NCBI GenBank assembly: GCA_963664705.1 | Contig: OY761556.1 | Location: 768,001-832,000 of the forward strand | Source: Acidobacteriota bacterium | Lineage (GTDB): Bacteria > Acidobacteriota > UBA6911 | Reading direction: 5' to 3' | Length of the DNA: 64,000 bases | Shown: piece by piece, positions 10,198 through 19,633 of the stretch | How the letters are laid out: each line of letters opens with the position of its first letter | Numbering within the stretch: the first letter of the stretch is position 1 | Notes under the pieces: model-generated | Told to the model about the DNA's origin: nothing | Databases searched by the model: none | Seen by the model: only the letters and a program-made list of their open reading frames with translations | Program-made: the position numbers and the translations under genes

Positions 10198-10989
10198 TTG
10201 TTTAAGATTCTGGTTATTCTCTCTCAATACTTCGCGCAATATGCCAAAACTCGGATGGCCTATAAAGCGGACTTCTTTATTGCATCCTTTGCCAACATCC
10301 TGGCAACGGTGGCCGGCTACGGGTTTGTCCTGGTGCTTTTCAGCCGAATACCGCAATTAAGGGGGTGGAGATTTGAGGAAGTGCTTTTCATTTATGGTTT
10401 CTCGCTGATTCCGATGGGACTGTTCAATATTGTCAGCCTTAATCTCTATGATTTCGGCGATATCTATATAGTGGAAGGGAAGTTTGACCGCATCCTGCTT
10501 CGTCCCGTTCATTCGCTGTTTCAAATCATGTTCGAAAATTTCCGCCTGGAGTCCATGCAGGAAATCATTACCGGGCTCATCGCTGTTGCCTATTGTGCCG
10601 GCAAACTGAAGATAGCGGTCACGGCTTTAAACCTGATCCTTTTCCCGCTTCTCTCATTGTGTGGCGCAATTATATACATCTGCATTTTTGTGATTATTTC
10701 CAGTGTCAATTTCTGGGTTGAGGATCGAATCGGACTGGCTCCGCCGGTGTTCAACATGATTGCTTTTGGAAGATACCCGATCACGATCTATAACACGGCG
10801 ATTCAATTTCTTTTGAGCTGGATCATTCCCTTCGCCTTTGCATCGTTCTATCCTACAGTTCGCTTCCTGGGACGGACGGAGTTCAGGACGGAATTCTATC
10901 TCATTCCGGTGGTTACTGCGGCCCTGGTTGGCATTTCCATTTTTGTGTGGGAAAGAGGCGTATTGCAGTACAAGAGTACCGGCAGCTAA
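10198..10989 (+). CDS. ABC-2 family permease
   Basis: About 6 TM segments, GKFDRILLRP, FGRYPITIY, ending YKSTGS. Confidence 0.88.
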   Translation: MFKILVILSQYFAQYAKTRMAYKADFFIASFANILATVAGYGFVLVLFSRIPQLRGWRFEEVLFIYGFSLIPMGLFNIVSLNLYDFGDIYIVEGKFDRILLRPVHSLFQIMFENFRLESMQEIITGLIAVAYCAGKLKIAVTALNLILFPLLSLCGAIIYICIFVIISSVNFWVEDRIGLAPPVFNMIAFGRYPITIYNTAIQFLLSWIIPFAFASFYPTVRFLGRTEFRTEFYLIPVVTAALVGISIFVWERGVLQYKSTGS

Positions 10990-10992
10990 TCT

Positions 10993-11784
10993 TTGAAACA
11001 GATGCGACAGCCAGATAGTTATGCGCAACTCCCCGAATCCGGAGAGTCAAAACGAAGAAAAGAAGAAAGCGATGCGATGCTGCAGTGGATCTGCAGGTCA
11101 GCATTGCCGGAAACCTTCGCCTTTTTTCGGAATGTACGGATCGATGCGGCGTTTTATCCCTACATCGGACTGACACACACAATCCGGCGCAAAGGTTCCG
11201 GGTGGATGGTTCGGATCAGCGATCATTGCCGGCAAGCCCCCAGGCCCGTCCTCGAAGCCATCGTTATCATTCTCGGTTCAAAAATAGTGAGGCGGAAGCC
11301 CCAGGGGAAATATGTGGAGATCTATGATCATTACCGCAAGGATCCCCAACTTGAAGAATCGGTGCGGGGACGGCGCAGGACAAGTGGCCGCAAGCGAATC
11401 GGCAGCGTCGATGGGAAACACCACTCGCTGGTGCGGCTTTACGAAGAAGTGAATGCAGATTTTTTTAACAACCAGGTCGAAATTCGCAAAATAGGATGGA
11501 GCTTGAGAAAAGGATGGAGGCGGCTGGGCCATTATGACCCCATCCACCACACGATCACGGTGAGCCCGGCACTGGATTCCGGCAAAGTACCCGAATTTGT
11601 GGTTCGCTATATTGTTTACCACGAAGTGCTTCATGCCGTTTTTGGGGAGGAATCTTCAACTCCATCTCGCCGCCATCATCCTCCCGAATTTCAGCGCGCA
11701 GAAAAAGCCTATCCGGATTATGAGCGGGCTAAAAAGTTTCTCCGCGAATATTTCGGCCGTCGCCGCAGGGCGATTGACGGTTAG
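10993..11784 (+). CDS. SprT/M48-like zinc metallopeptidase domain protein
   Basis: YIVYHEVLH HExxH motif, RLGHYD, HHPPEF. Start uncertain. Confidence 0.8.
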   Translation: MKQMRQPDSYAQLPESGESKRRKEESDAMLQWICRSALPETFAFFRNVRIDAAFYPYIGLTHTIRRKGSGWMVRISDHCRQAPRPVLEAIVIILGSKIVRRKPQGKYVEIYDHYRKDPQLEESVRGRRRTSGRKRIGSVDGKHHSLVRLYEEVNADFFNNQVEIRKIGWSLRKGWRRLGHYDPIHHTITVSPALDSGKVPEFVVRYIVYHEVLHAVFGEESSTPSRRHHPPEFQRAEKAYPDYERAKKFLREYFGRRRRAIDG

Positions 11785-11915
11785 CGCGGGAGATTATTTT
11801 GAAGCGTCCATGTTTGGTCGACAGATAGTGGATGTTGCCAGCAAAATCTGCAATTCATTTTGCCTTTGTGATATAAAACCACCTTCAACCTGATACGCAT
11901 GAAGTCGGCGGTTGT

Positions 11916-12563
11916 ATGAAATGTCCATTATGTGAACAGAGGAAAGCCAAAAGACCTTGCCCGGCAAAGAATGGGCTGATCTGCCCGCAATGCTGCGGAG
12001 AGAAGCGGGTTCTGGAGATTGATTGCCCGGAAAGCTGCGCATTTCTTCAGACCGGCAGGGAAAGGGAAATACAGGATTACGCCAAACGCTTTCGCGCTCT
12101 TGACCGGGATTCCATTGTGAAGAATCAGCGAATCCACAACGATCAGCAGGATACGATTGCGCGCATTGAATACACTCTTGCCCGCGAACGTTTATCGGAC
12201 CGGAACCTTCAGGATAAAGATGTGGTGGCTGCCATCGGGATCCTGATTGAAGCTTACAGGACGGAAGACAAGGGCGTCCTGTATGAGAAGACATCCGAAG
12301 ATATTCGTGTTGAGGCATTGCGCAGAACCCTAAAAACGACGGTGGAAGCGCTTCGCAATCCCGGAGGGCAGGAAAATCGAGGGATTGTAGATGCCAAGAG
12401 CGAACGCCTGCCGCTCTCTGCCGCCGTTGACTGCCTGGAAATTATACGCTCTCTCGCGGCATCCTACCTCGCGGACCGCGGGTCAGATTCAGGTTACATT
12501 GATTTTCTTGCACGCCTTTACCCTCGCGAGGAACAAGGCGGCACTTCCATTTTATTGCCCTGA
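11916..12563 (+). CDS. Hypothetical protein with N-terminal Cys-rich zinc-binding domain
   Basis: CPLC-x8-CPA-x5-CPQCCG-x8-CPESC followed by a helical region. Confidence 0.75.
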   Translation: MKCPLCEQRKAKRPCPAKNGLICPQCCGEKRVLEIDCPESCAFLQTGREREIQDYAKRFRALDRDSIVKNQRIHNDQQDTIARIEYTLARERLSDRNLQDKDVVAAIGILIEAYRTEDKGVLYEKTSEDIRVEALRRTLKTTVEALRNPGGQENRGIVDAKSERLPLSAAVDCLEIIRSLAASYLADRGSDSGYIDFLARLYPREEQGGTSILLP

Positions 12564-12568
12564 CTCCC

Positions 12569-13582
12569 ATGATCCTGAATCAGTATAACTGCAATCCTGA
12601 AACGTTGATCAGCGCCGTGCGCGGCTTCCAGAATAAGCGCATTCTGGTTTTCGGTGATTTGATGTTGGATCGATTTATCTATGGTTCGGTGTCCCGCATC
12701 AGCCCGGAAGCGCCTGTTCCCGTTGTGGAAATCAAGAGAGAGAGTACGCGCCTGGGCGGAGCTGCCAATGTATCCTCAAACATTCGGAGCCTGGGGGGGA
12801 TCCCGGTCCCGCTTGGGATTATCGGCAGCGATTTCGAAGGGGATCGCCTCCGGGAGGAATTCCGGTCGCTCGAGTGTCCTGTGGGCGGGCTTATTGTGGA
12901 TAAGAAACGCCCGACCAGCATCAAGACGCGAATCATTGCCCATCATCAGCAGGTTTGCCGCACGGACCGTGAAGATCGCTCGCCTTTATCCGCCGATATA
13001 CAACTGCGGGTTGCAGAGAGATTCCTTTCCGCCCTTCCGTCTGTGGCGGCGGTGATCGTCTCTGATTATGCAAAAGGACTGATTACGCCCGCAATGCTGC
13101 GGCGCGTATTGCCGAAAGCCAAGGCTGCGGGAAAATTTGTCTGCATCGATCCCAAGATGAAAAACTTCAGCGCCTATAAGCCTGCGACGATTATTACTCC
13201 GAATACCACCGAAGCGGAACAAGCGTCCGGAATCCCGATTTCGGGCAATCGGGATCTGCTGCGCGTCGGACGGAAAATCCTGGGCGAAACTGGTATCGAT
13301 CATCTGCTGATCACTCGTGGCGAAGAGGGAATGGCTCTTTTTGAGGGCGACTCGAAAGTAACCTGCATTCCTACGGTGGCTCAGGAGGTATTTGATGTGA
13401 CCGGTGCGGGGGATACCGTAATTTCGACGCTGGCACTGGGACTGGTCGCCGGGCTGTCCATTCTGGAAGCTTCCATGCTTGCCAACATCGCGGCCGGGAT
13501 CGTGGTCGGGAAACTGGGTACCGCATCCGTGAGTCCCGACGAGCTGATTGCCGGCATTCGGCAGCATGTGAATACAGATTAG
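12569..13582 (+). CDS. rfaE1: D-glycero-beta-D-manno-heptose-7-phosphate kinase
   Basis: GDLMLDRF, RISPEAPVPV, VSDYAKG, DVTGAGDTV. Confidence 0.93.
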   Translation: MILNQYNCNPETLISAVRGFQNKRILVFGDLMLDRFIYGSVSRISPEAPVPVVEIKRESTRLGGAANVSSNIRSLGGIPVPLGIIGSDFEGDRLREEFRSLECPVGGLIVDKKRPTSIKTRIIAHHQQVCRTDREDRSPLSADIQLRVAERFLSALPSVAAVIVSDYAKGLITPAMLRRVLPKAKAAGKFVCIDPKMKNFSAYKPATIITPNTTEAEQASGIPISGNRDLLRVGRKILGETGIDHLLITRGEEGMALFEGDSKVTCIPTVAQEVFDVTGAGDTVISTLALGLVAGLSILEASMLANIAAGIVVGKLGTASVSPDELIAGIRQHVNTD

Positions 13583-13596
13583 CCTGCAAATCTATA

Positions 13597-13643
13597 TCGG
13601 CAACGCGTGGCAACGAAACCTCAAGGACACATCTGCGTTCTCC
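13597..13643. repeat. Diverged 47-bp copy of the GT9 gene 3' region (14104-14150)
   Basis: 42/47 identity; direct repeat 507 bp apart. Confidence 0.8.
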
Positions 13644-13928
13644 TGACTTGAGCAATGAGGCCGTTTTAAGTCCCATGGCTATTTTCTGATCTCCGGGGCT
13701 GATTTGATTGCGATTCCAAGTTCCTTGGGCAGATAGTATGCGGCATCAGCCGGGACGGCTGCGTTCCCAGCGCACAATTCCCCAAAAGCTCCCCCGCACG
13801 GCTCTGTGCCATGGCTGGATCCGCCAGTTATCGGCATTGATATGAAGCCGATGCACACCGCTGCTTGCATGGCGCTGCTGCCTCAAAATAATTGTTCTGA
13901 GGTGTCTGCAATGCGAGCGAGGCACCAG

Positions 13929-14035
13929 GCCCGGAGGGCTGAAAGCAAGTAGCCAGGAGTGAGCGGAGCGAACCCCTGGATTGGGTTGGACCATTAACAA
14001 GCCCCGAAGTTTAGGCAAAGGCTTGATCTTTCGCC
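13929..14035. repeat. Degenerate REP-like palindromic element
   Basis: GCCCGGAGGGC, then TAGCCAGGAGTGAGCGGAGCGAACCCCTGG, then GCCCCGAAG, between convergent genes. Confidence 0.5.
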
Positions 14036-14066
14036 GAAATAAGTGGGTAATTCGGCAAGTCAAAAA

Positions 14067-15116
14067 CTATGCCGATGGTTTGGCGAGCATTCTGGCGCAG
14101 GCTTCGGCAACGCGTGGCAGTGAAACCTCGAGGATACATCTGGGTTCTCCGAAAACACTGCACTCATATCCCGGGCAGGGTATGCATGGAAGATTGGAGC
14201 CCACGGCCTCGTAATTCGTTTCCCAGGGATGCCAGGCTTGCAGATTGGAGGATCCCCATACAACCACCAGCGGCCTTTTCAGCGCGGCGGCGGCATGTGC
14301 CGGGCCGCTGTCACATCCTGCAAAGAGGCGGCATCTTTCAATCAGCGCAAACAGGTCCATGAGCGGCAGATCTGCCCAGTAAGTATGGCGGCTTAGCGCG
14401 GTCCGCTGGATTTCGTCCAGCAGGTACCTTTCGTGGGCAGCAGCTGTGAAGATGACAGGGATTCCACAATTTTTCAGAATCCAGTCTCCCAGACCGGCAA
14501 ATCTGGCTGCGGGCCACTGTTTGGTGGGCAGCGTGGCAGTCGGCTGGATCAGAACGAACTCCGAGATCCCCGCCCGGGTAAGACGATCGCCAATGCCGGA
14601 TCGCGATCTTTCATCAATGTGCAGCGTGGAACGTGAGGTATCTATCGGGATATCCAGCCAGCGCAGAAGGCTGAGCTGATGTTCGACCGTGTGCAAAGAT
14701 GGACGCCCCCAGATTCCGGTGGAGGGTGGGATGCGCGTCGTATAAATCCAGGAATGTCGATGCCCTTCCTGTCCTATCCGTAATTGGGCTCCGCTGGTCC
14801 CGGTAAACATCATGGACGTTGTCCCTCCGTGGAGGTTCAACACTGCGGGATAATGCCTCTTCCTGATTTCCGCAACGGCCCGGAATCGCGTCCAGCCATT
14901 GCCTTTTGCAGTACCGCGTTGAAGGACAAGCGTCTCACGCACGGCCGGGTGATGAAGAAAAACCGGAGCGAAGGGTGCCTCAATCAGTACGCTTGGCCGG
15001 ATTTCCGGCCTCCAGCGATGAAGTGCCTCTATCAGGGGTAGGGTTAGGATGGCATCCCCAAGGGAACGCAGTCGAATGAGTAGAATATTGGAAATATTTT
15101 GCAGGTCGCGCCGCAA
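14067..15116 (-). CDS. Glycosyltransferase family 9 (ADP-heptose:LPS heptosyltransferase)
   Basis: LIRLRSLGDAIL, KQWP, GCDSGPAHAAAA, CIPC..C..C. Confidence 0.9.
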   Translation of the reverse strand: MRRDLQNISNILLIRLRSLGDAILTLPLIEALHRWRPEIRPSVLIEAPFAPVFLHHPAVRETLVLQRGTAKGNGWTRFRAVAEIRKRHYPAVLNLHGGTTSMMFTGTSGAQLRIGQEGHRHSWIYTTRIPPSTGIWGRPSLHTVEHQLSLLRWLDIPIDTSRSTLHIDERSRSGIGDRLTRAGISEFVLIQPTATLPTKQWPAARFAGLGDWILKNCGIPVIFTAAAHERYLLDEIQRTALSRHTYWADLPLMDLFALIERCRLFAGCDSGPAHAAAALKRPLVVVWGSSNLQAWHPWETNYEAVGSNLPCIPCPGYECSVFGEPRCILEVSLPRVAEACARMLAKPSA

Positions 15117-15188
15117 TCGTTGCGCTTCCGCACTTGTCCCCGTGGATGTAGATGATTTTTGAGACGCCGAATTCAGGGTGGATGCTCC

Positions 15189-15362
15189 TTAGGGTTCCTC
15201 GATGGTGGCCTCGTCAATCAACATGACAGGTATGTCATCCCGAATAGGATAAACCCGGTTGCACTTTACACATTTCAATCCATTCCCATCGGGAGTGAGT
15301 CGAACCTCTTCTTTGCAGAGCGGACAGGCGAGAATGTCCAGAAGTTCCTTGCTGATGGTCAT
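15189..15362 (-). CDS. Trm112/YcaR family protein (57 aa, absent from the ORF track)
   Basis: Hand translation MTISKELLDILACPLCKEEVRLTPDGNGLKCVKCNRVYPIRDDIPVMLIDEATIEEP. Confidence 0.92.
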   Translation of the reverse strand: MTISKELLDILACPLCKEEVRLTPDGNGLKCVKCNRVYPIRDDIPVMLIDEATIEEP

Positions 15363-15365
15363 TAC

Positions 15366-15992
15366 CTATTTCCCTCCTGATCCGGCTCCCTGGGATGATC
15401 GGGCCCCGAGACCGAATTTGTTTTCCGTGCCGGAAAAAAGCCTTCGTATATTCTGGCTGTGTCTGATTATGATCAGCAGCGCTCCCAGAGATCCCCAGCC
15501 GATTACGACTATCGGTTGTCCATACAAATATGCCCAGACCGGGAAAAGTGCAGTTGCACCAATCGATGCGGCGGATATATAGCGTGTCAGAGCCAAAATC
15601 AGAATAAACACGACCAGGGTTGTAAGTACAGCCGCCGGCGAAAGTGCAAGGTAGGCTCCGCAGCCGGTCGAAACCCCTTTGCCTCCTTTGAAGCGCAGCC
15701 AGACTGTAAAAATGTGTCCAGCGATGGCAATAAATGCCGCGGCTGACTGCCACTCGATGCCGCCGCCCAGCCATCCCGCGATCAGGACTGCCAGATAGCC
15801 CTTGCCCGCATCCAGCAGATAGGTGGCGATGCCATTGATCCGGCTTCTGCGAAAAACATTCGTGGCGCCAATATTTCCACTGCCAAAAGAGCGGATGTCC
15901 TTGCCTTCGGTGAAACGGACCAGGATGTATCCGAACGGAATCGAGCCCAGGAGATATGCAATGAAAGGGATTAAAAGCTCCGGTCGCGGCAT
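15366..15992 (-). CDS. plsY: Glycerol-3-phosphate acyltransferase
   Basis: YLLGSIPFG, GSGNIGATN, FKGGKGV, RHSQNIRRL. Confidence 0.95.
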   Translation of the reverse strand: MPRPELLIPFIAYLLGSIPFGYILVRFTEGKDIRSFGSGNIGATNVFRRSRINGIATYLLDAGKGYLAVLIAGWLGGGIEWQSAAAFIAIAGHIFTVWLRFKGGKGVSTGCGAYLALSPAAVLTTLVVFILILALTRYISAASIGATALFPVWAYLYGQPIVVIGWGSLGALLIIIRHSQNIRRLFSGTENKFGLGARSSQGAGSGGK

Positions 15993-16010
15993 GATTGACC
16001 CCGGTTCTCC

Positions 16011-16568
16011 TCAATCACAAAGCACAACCTTATTCAGGACAGTGTACACGGCGCCCTGAGGCTTCAGCGTGCTCTGGTAGATATTAAAATGGTCTGCATG
16101 GAAACTGTGCTCCAGACCGGAGCCAATCTTAATACAGTCGATCAGGGGCTGCAAATTCCTTTTCCCCTTAACGCGCCCAAGAGTCAGGTGTGGTTTGAAG
16201 GCCCGGTCCTCCGGGGGGAATCCAAGAGTTTCGCAGGTTTTTTCTACGATGCCTTGAAGCTGGACCAGCGCATCCCGGTCCCCCTCGATTCCGCACCAGA
16301 TGACCCGAGGATTTTTGTCGCTGGGGAAACAGCCCAGACCGCGAAGCCGAAGTCCGAAGCTGCGAATCGATGAAGTTGAAATTTGAAGTGCTTCCGCCAT
16401 CCGCGGAATGGAGCTGGGTTCCACTTCACCCAGAAATTTGAGCGTCAGATGAATAGAAGGGATGGCAACCCATCCGACTTCGGCTCCCACGCGGCGCAAT
16501 CCTTCCTGCATTTCCATGAGCATTGACCGGCATGCAGGTGGAAGCGGGATTGCGATAAATGTTCTCAT
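16011..16568 (-). CDS. thpR: RNA 2',3'-cyclic phosphodiesterase
   Basis: RTFIAI and two HxT motifs (HLTLKFLG, PHLTLGR). Confidence 0.93.
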   Translation of the reverse strand: MRTFIAIPLPPACRSMLMEMQEGLRRVGAEVGWVAIPSIHLTLKFLGEVEPSSIPRMAEALQISTSSIRSFGLRLRGLGCFPSDKNPRVIWCGIEGDRDALVQLQGIVEKTCETLGFPPEDRAFKPHLTLGRVKGKRNLQPLIDCIKIGSGLEHSFHADHFNIYQSTLKPQGAVYTVLNKVVLCD

Positions 16569-16630
16569 GATAGTGGCAGCCTACGATAAAGCGGTTGTCC
16601 GTCGCCAGCCGTTAGTCAAACATCGACTGT

Positions 16631-17551
16631 CTATCGATATTTGATGACGGCAAGACTGAGATCATCTGTTTGTTCACCGGTGGCGTTGCGATCGTCAAGG
16701 ATAGCCTGGCATATTTCCCGGGCAGTCCCGTTTCGGGCCCGCGAAACCGCTCTCTCCATTTGCTGCTGCGAATAGGTAGAAAATGGATCCAGTAATCCAT
16801 CTGTGAAGAGGAGCAGCACGTCTCCCTCACCCAGAAGATTCAATTCGTTGACCGTGTAGTGCTTCATGTAGCCCAAGACCGGCTGATACATGCGGGCGTC
16901 CGCATTGTCTTCGTTCAGTTGTAATCCAAGTGGGGGATAGCTCACCATCCGGTCCGGGCTGATCTCCACGAACCGATCGAACTCTCTGGAGAAGACAAGC
17001 GGCAAGGGATGGCCCGCATTGACAAATCGGAACCCGCCTGATGAATCGATCTCTCCATAGATCATGGTGATAAAGCTGGCTGCTTCCGTTTCGCCGGAAA
17101 GCTTGTGGAGCGTCCTGGATCTGTAGAACCGCATGTTGATCTGCTCGAAAAGGCGCGTGGTGATCTCCCCGCACTGATCGAGTTCGTATAAGGCGCCGAG
17201 ATAAAAGGTCTGGTGAAGTATCAGTGCCGTGATCGCATCGGTAAACTCGTGGCCCGCCACGTCCGCAACCAGAATTCCCCCTTTTCTCTTCAGGCTGTAG
17301 AGTCGCTGGGCGATCCCCTCCTGCCCTTGTGATAGGGCTCGGGCAATCCTGGCATCCAAATGGTACCGCTCCGGAAAATTTACATACGAAATCAGGTCGC
17401 CGCCTGCCACGCCATTCAGTGGAATCGATGTGCCGTAAATATCCACGTTGTCGATTCGGGGAATGGCCCCCGCTTCCGGAATGAGGCTCCCAGCAAGGTT
17501 GTCGGCTCCGCTTCGCAGTTCCTTGTCGAGTTTTGCTCTAGACTGCTTCAT
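16631..17551 (-). CDS. PP2C/SpoIIE-family phosphatase, stand-alone
   Basis: GGD, VADVAGH, NAGHP, FTDGL, DDLS. Confidence 0.88.
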   Translation of the reverse strand: MKQSRAKLDKELRSGADNLAGSLIPEAGAIPRIDNVDIYGTSIPLNGVAGGDLISYVNFPERYHLDARIARALSQGQEGIAQRLYSLKRKGGILVADVAGHEFTDAITALILHQTFYLGALYELDQCGEITTRLFEQINMRFYRSRTLHKLSGETEAASFITMIYGEIDSSGGFRFVNAGHPLPLVFSREFDRFVEISPDRMVSYPPLGLQLNEDNADARMYQPVLGYMKHYTVNELNLLGEGDVLLLFTDGLLDPFSTYSQQQMERAVSRARNGTAREICQAILDDRNATGEQTDDLSLAVIKYR

Positions 17552-17691
17552 CCTTGCTCCCGGTAAAAATCGCTATCGAGTATATCCTTTGTGAGAAAAA
17601 GCATGCCACGGAAAAACACCCATTCTATCCGTATTATTGGGGGTAAAAGCTTAAAAAATTGCCATAATCCCGCAAATATCCCATAAACAGA

Positions 17692-18930
17692 TCAGACTTG
17701 ACCGAGAAGGAATCGCCGCAGCCATGAAAGGGCGAGATAGGTTGAACGTTCCCGGATTGATTCCCGGTCGCCGGGCATGATTCGATGACGGCTCAGCGTT
17801 CGGTTACCATCGGACATGCCGATATGCACAAGTCCGACAGGTTTTTCCGCGGAGCCTCCTCCGGGGCCCGCTATCCCCGTAATGGATAGGCCGATGGAGC
17901 TATGCAATGCCTCGCGCACACCCAGTGCCAGAGCCTCTGCCACCTCCGCGCTGACCGCACCATATTGTTGGATCAGGGCGGGATCAACACCGCAGAGCTC
18001 TATTTTGGCTTCATTGCTATAGCAGAGGATGCCCCCCCGAAAGTATTCCGAGCTTCCCGGAACTCGTGTGATGTGCATTCCCAGCATGCCGGAGGTACAG
18101 GATTCCGCAACAGCAAGAGTTTTTCCCTCCTGCAGAAGAAGTCCCCCGACTACCTGTTCCATCATTTCATCTTTGGTTGTGAAGATCGCGTCCCCAAGCT
18201 TTGCCTGAATTTTGGAGGCTGCCTCATCAAGGTCGGAGGCAGCGTTGTTTGAGGTAACCCATTGATACAGGCGAACGGAGATGTGCCGGGTTCCTGCCAG
18301 CACCGTAGTCTGTATTTCGGGATAGGCTGTGTATATCGGAGCTATTTGCGAATCAAGTTCCGATTCCGTAATACCGGTGATATGAAAGGATCGGCAAGCC
18401 AGACGCGTTTCAGCTCCCAAGGCCCTGATTCTTGGCAGCATGGATTCAAACATAGGCTTGAGTTCTCTGGGCGGGCCCGGTAGAAGTGCGATATGCCGGC
18501 CTTTTTCCTCGATCCACATGCCGGGTGCTGTCCCCAACGGGTTATCGATTATTTCGGCTCCCTGGATAACTTCCGCCTGCTTCTCGTTTATTTTGGCCAT
18601 TTGAAAACCGCGCGCCGCAAATCGCTGTTTCAATATTTCCAGAATGGATTTGTCCATATGAAGCGGCCGATCGAGCACTGCGGCTACCGCATCGCGAGTG
18701 AGATCATCTTCAGTCGGGCCGAGTCCTCCGCTGAAAATAATGATGTCGGAGCGAAGCAGCGCAGCGCGCAGCACGGCCCCTATGTCATTCCGATCGTCTC
18801 CAACGACTGTTTTCAGATGGACGCGGCATCCGGATTCGTTCAGGTGCTGAGTCAGGAAAAGCGAATTGGTGTCCAGGCTATCGGGAGTCAATAGTTCTGA
18901 ACCGACTGCTATAATTTCCGCCTTGATCAT
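17692..18930 (-). CDS. cinA: CinA competence/damage-inducible protein (MCF plus NMN deamidase)
   Basis: GGLGPTEDDLT, LPGPPRE, AESCTSG, SITGIAGPGGG. Confidence 0.93.
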   Translation of the reverse strand: MIKAEIIAVGSELLTPDSLDTNSLFLTQHLNESGCRVHLKTVVGDDRNDIGAVLRAALLRSDIIIFSGGLGPTEDDLTRDAVAAVLDRPLHMDKSILEILKQRFAARGFQMAKINEKQAEVIQGAEIIDNPLGTAPGMWIEEKGRHIALLPGPPRELKPMFESMLPRIRALGAETRLACRSFHITGITESELDSQIAPIYTAYPEIQTTVLAGTRHISVRLYQWVTSNNAASDLDEAASKIQAKLGDAIFTTKDEMMEQVVGGLLLQEGKTLAVAESCTSGMLGMHITRVPGSSEYFRGGILCYSNEAKIELCGVDPALIQQYGAVSAEVAEALALGVREALHSSIGLSITGIAGPGGGSAEKPVGLVHIGMSDGNRTLSRHRIMPGDRESIRERSTYLALSWLRRFLLGQV

Positions 18931-18946
18931 TTCATTGTGCCCGGGA

Positions 18947-19408
18947 TTAGAAGAACAGGTTCAACAGGTGAAGCAGGATATTTCCATAGACACCAGCCAG
19001 CAAATCGTCGGCCATTACGCCCACGCCGTTTTCGAAGGATTCCAATTTCCGGATGGGGTATGGCTTCCACATATCAAAGACCCGGAAAGCAACGAAGCCT
19101 GCAGCCAGGTTGAAGATGCTTATGGGAAGGAACAGAAACGTCAGCAATTGACCGGCCACCTCATCGATAATGATGTATGAAGGGTCTTCTTCGCCGGTGC
19201 GTCGGCTGATAGCCGCGGAAGCAAGGATGCCGGCGAGGGTGATCAGGCACAGGGCGCTTATGTGAAGCGCAGGAAGAATTCGGCCGCAGCAACGGTAAAC
19301 GGCAAAGTACAAAATGGTAGTGACAAACGAACCATAGGTTCCTGGCGCTCCGGGAATAAAACCGATGTAGAACAGGCTGGCATAGGCCAGGCACAAGCGA
19401 TCCTTCAT
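18947..19408 (-). CDS. pgpA: Phosphatidylglycerophosphatase A
   Basis: APGTYGS, IIIDEVAG, FRVFDMWKP, GVMADDLLAG. Confidence 0.93.
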   Translation of the reverse strand: MKDRLCLAYASLFYIGFIPGAPGTYGSFVTTILYFAVYRCCGRILPALHISALCLITLAGILASAAISRRTGEEDPSYIIIDEVAGQLLTFLFLPISIFNLAAGFVAFRVFDMWKPYPIRKLESFENGVGVMADDLLAGVYGNILLHLLNLFF

Positions 19409-19596
19409 GCTTTCTCCGTAATGTCAGGGGATGAATCCCCGTCTTCGTCTTCATCTGGAGTATTGACCGGGATACGGTACGAGCCTGAAATCCAATTGTC
19501 CAGGTCCAGCAGCTTACAGCGCTGGCTGCAGAAAGGTCGGAATTTGTTTTCTTCAGTTGCCGTATCTTTGCCGCAGCGGGGACATTTGACGATCAT
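19405..19596 (-). CDS. yacG: DNA gyrase inhibitor YacG
   Basis: CPRCGK...RPFCSQRCKLLDLDNW...YRIP. Confidence 0.93.
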   Translation of the reverse strand: MIVKCPRCGKDTATEENKFRPFCSQRCKLLDLDNWISGSYRIPVNTPDEDEDGDSSPDITEKA

Positions 19597-19633
19597 ACTT
19601 GTCTGCAATTTCCTATAAATCGGACTGTGCCGG

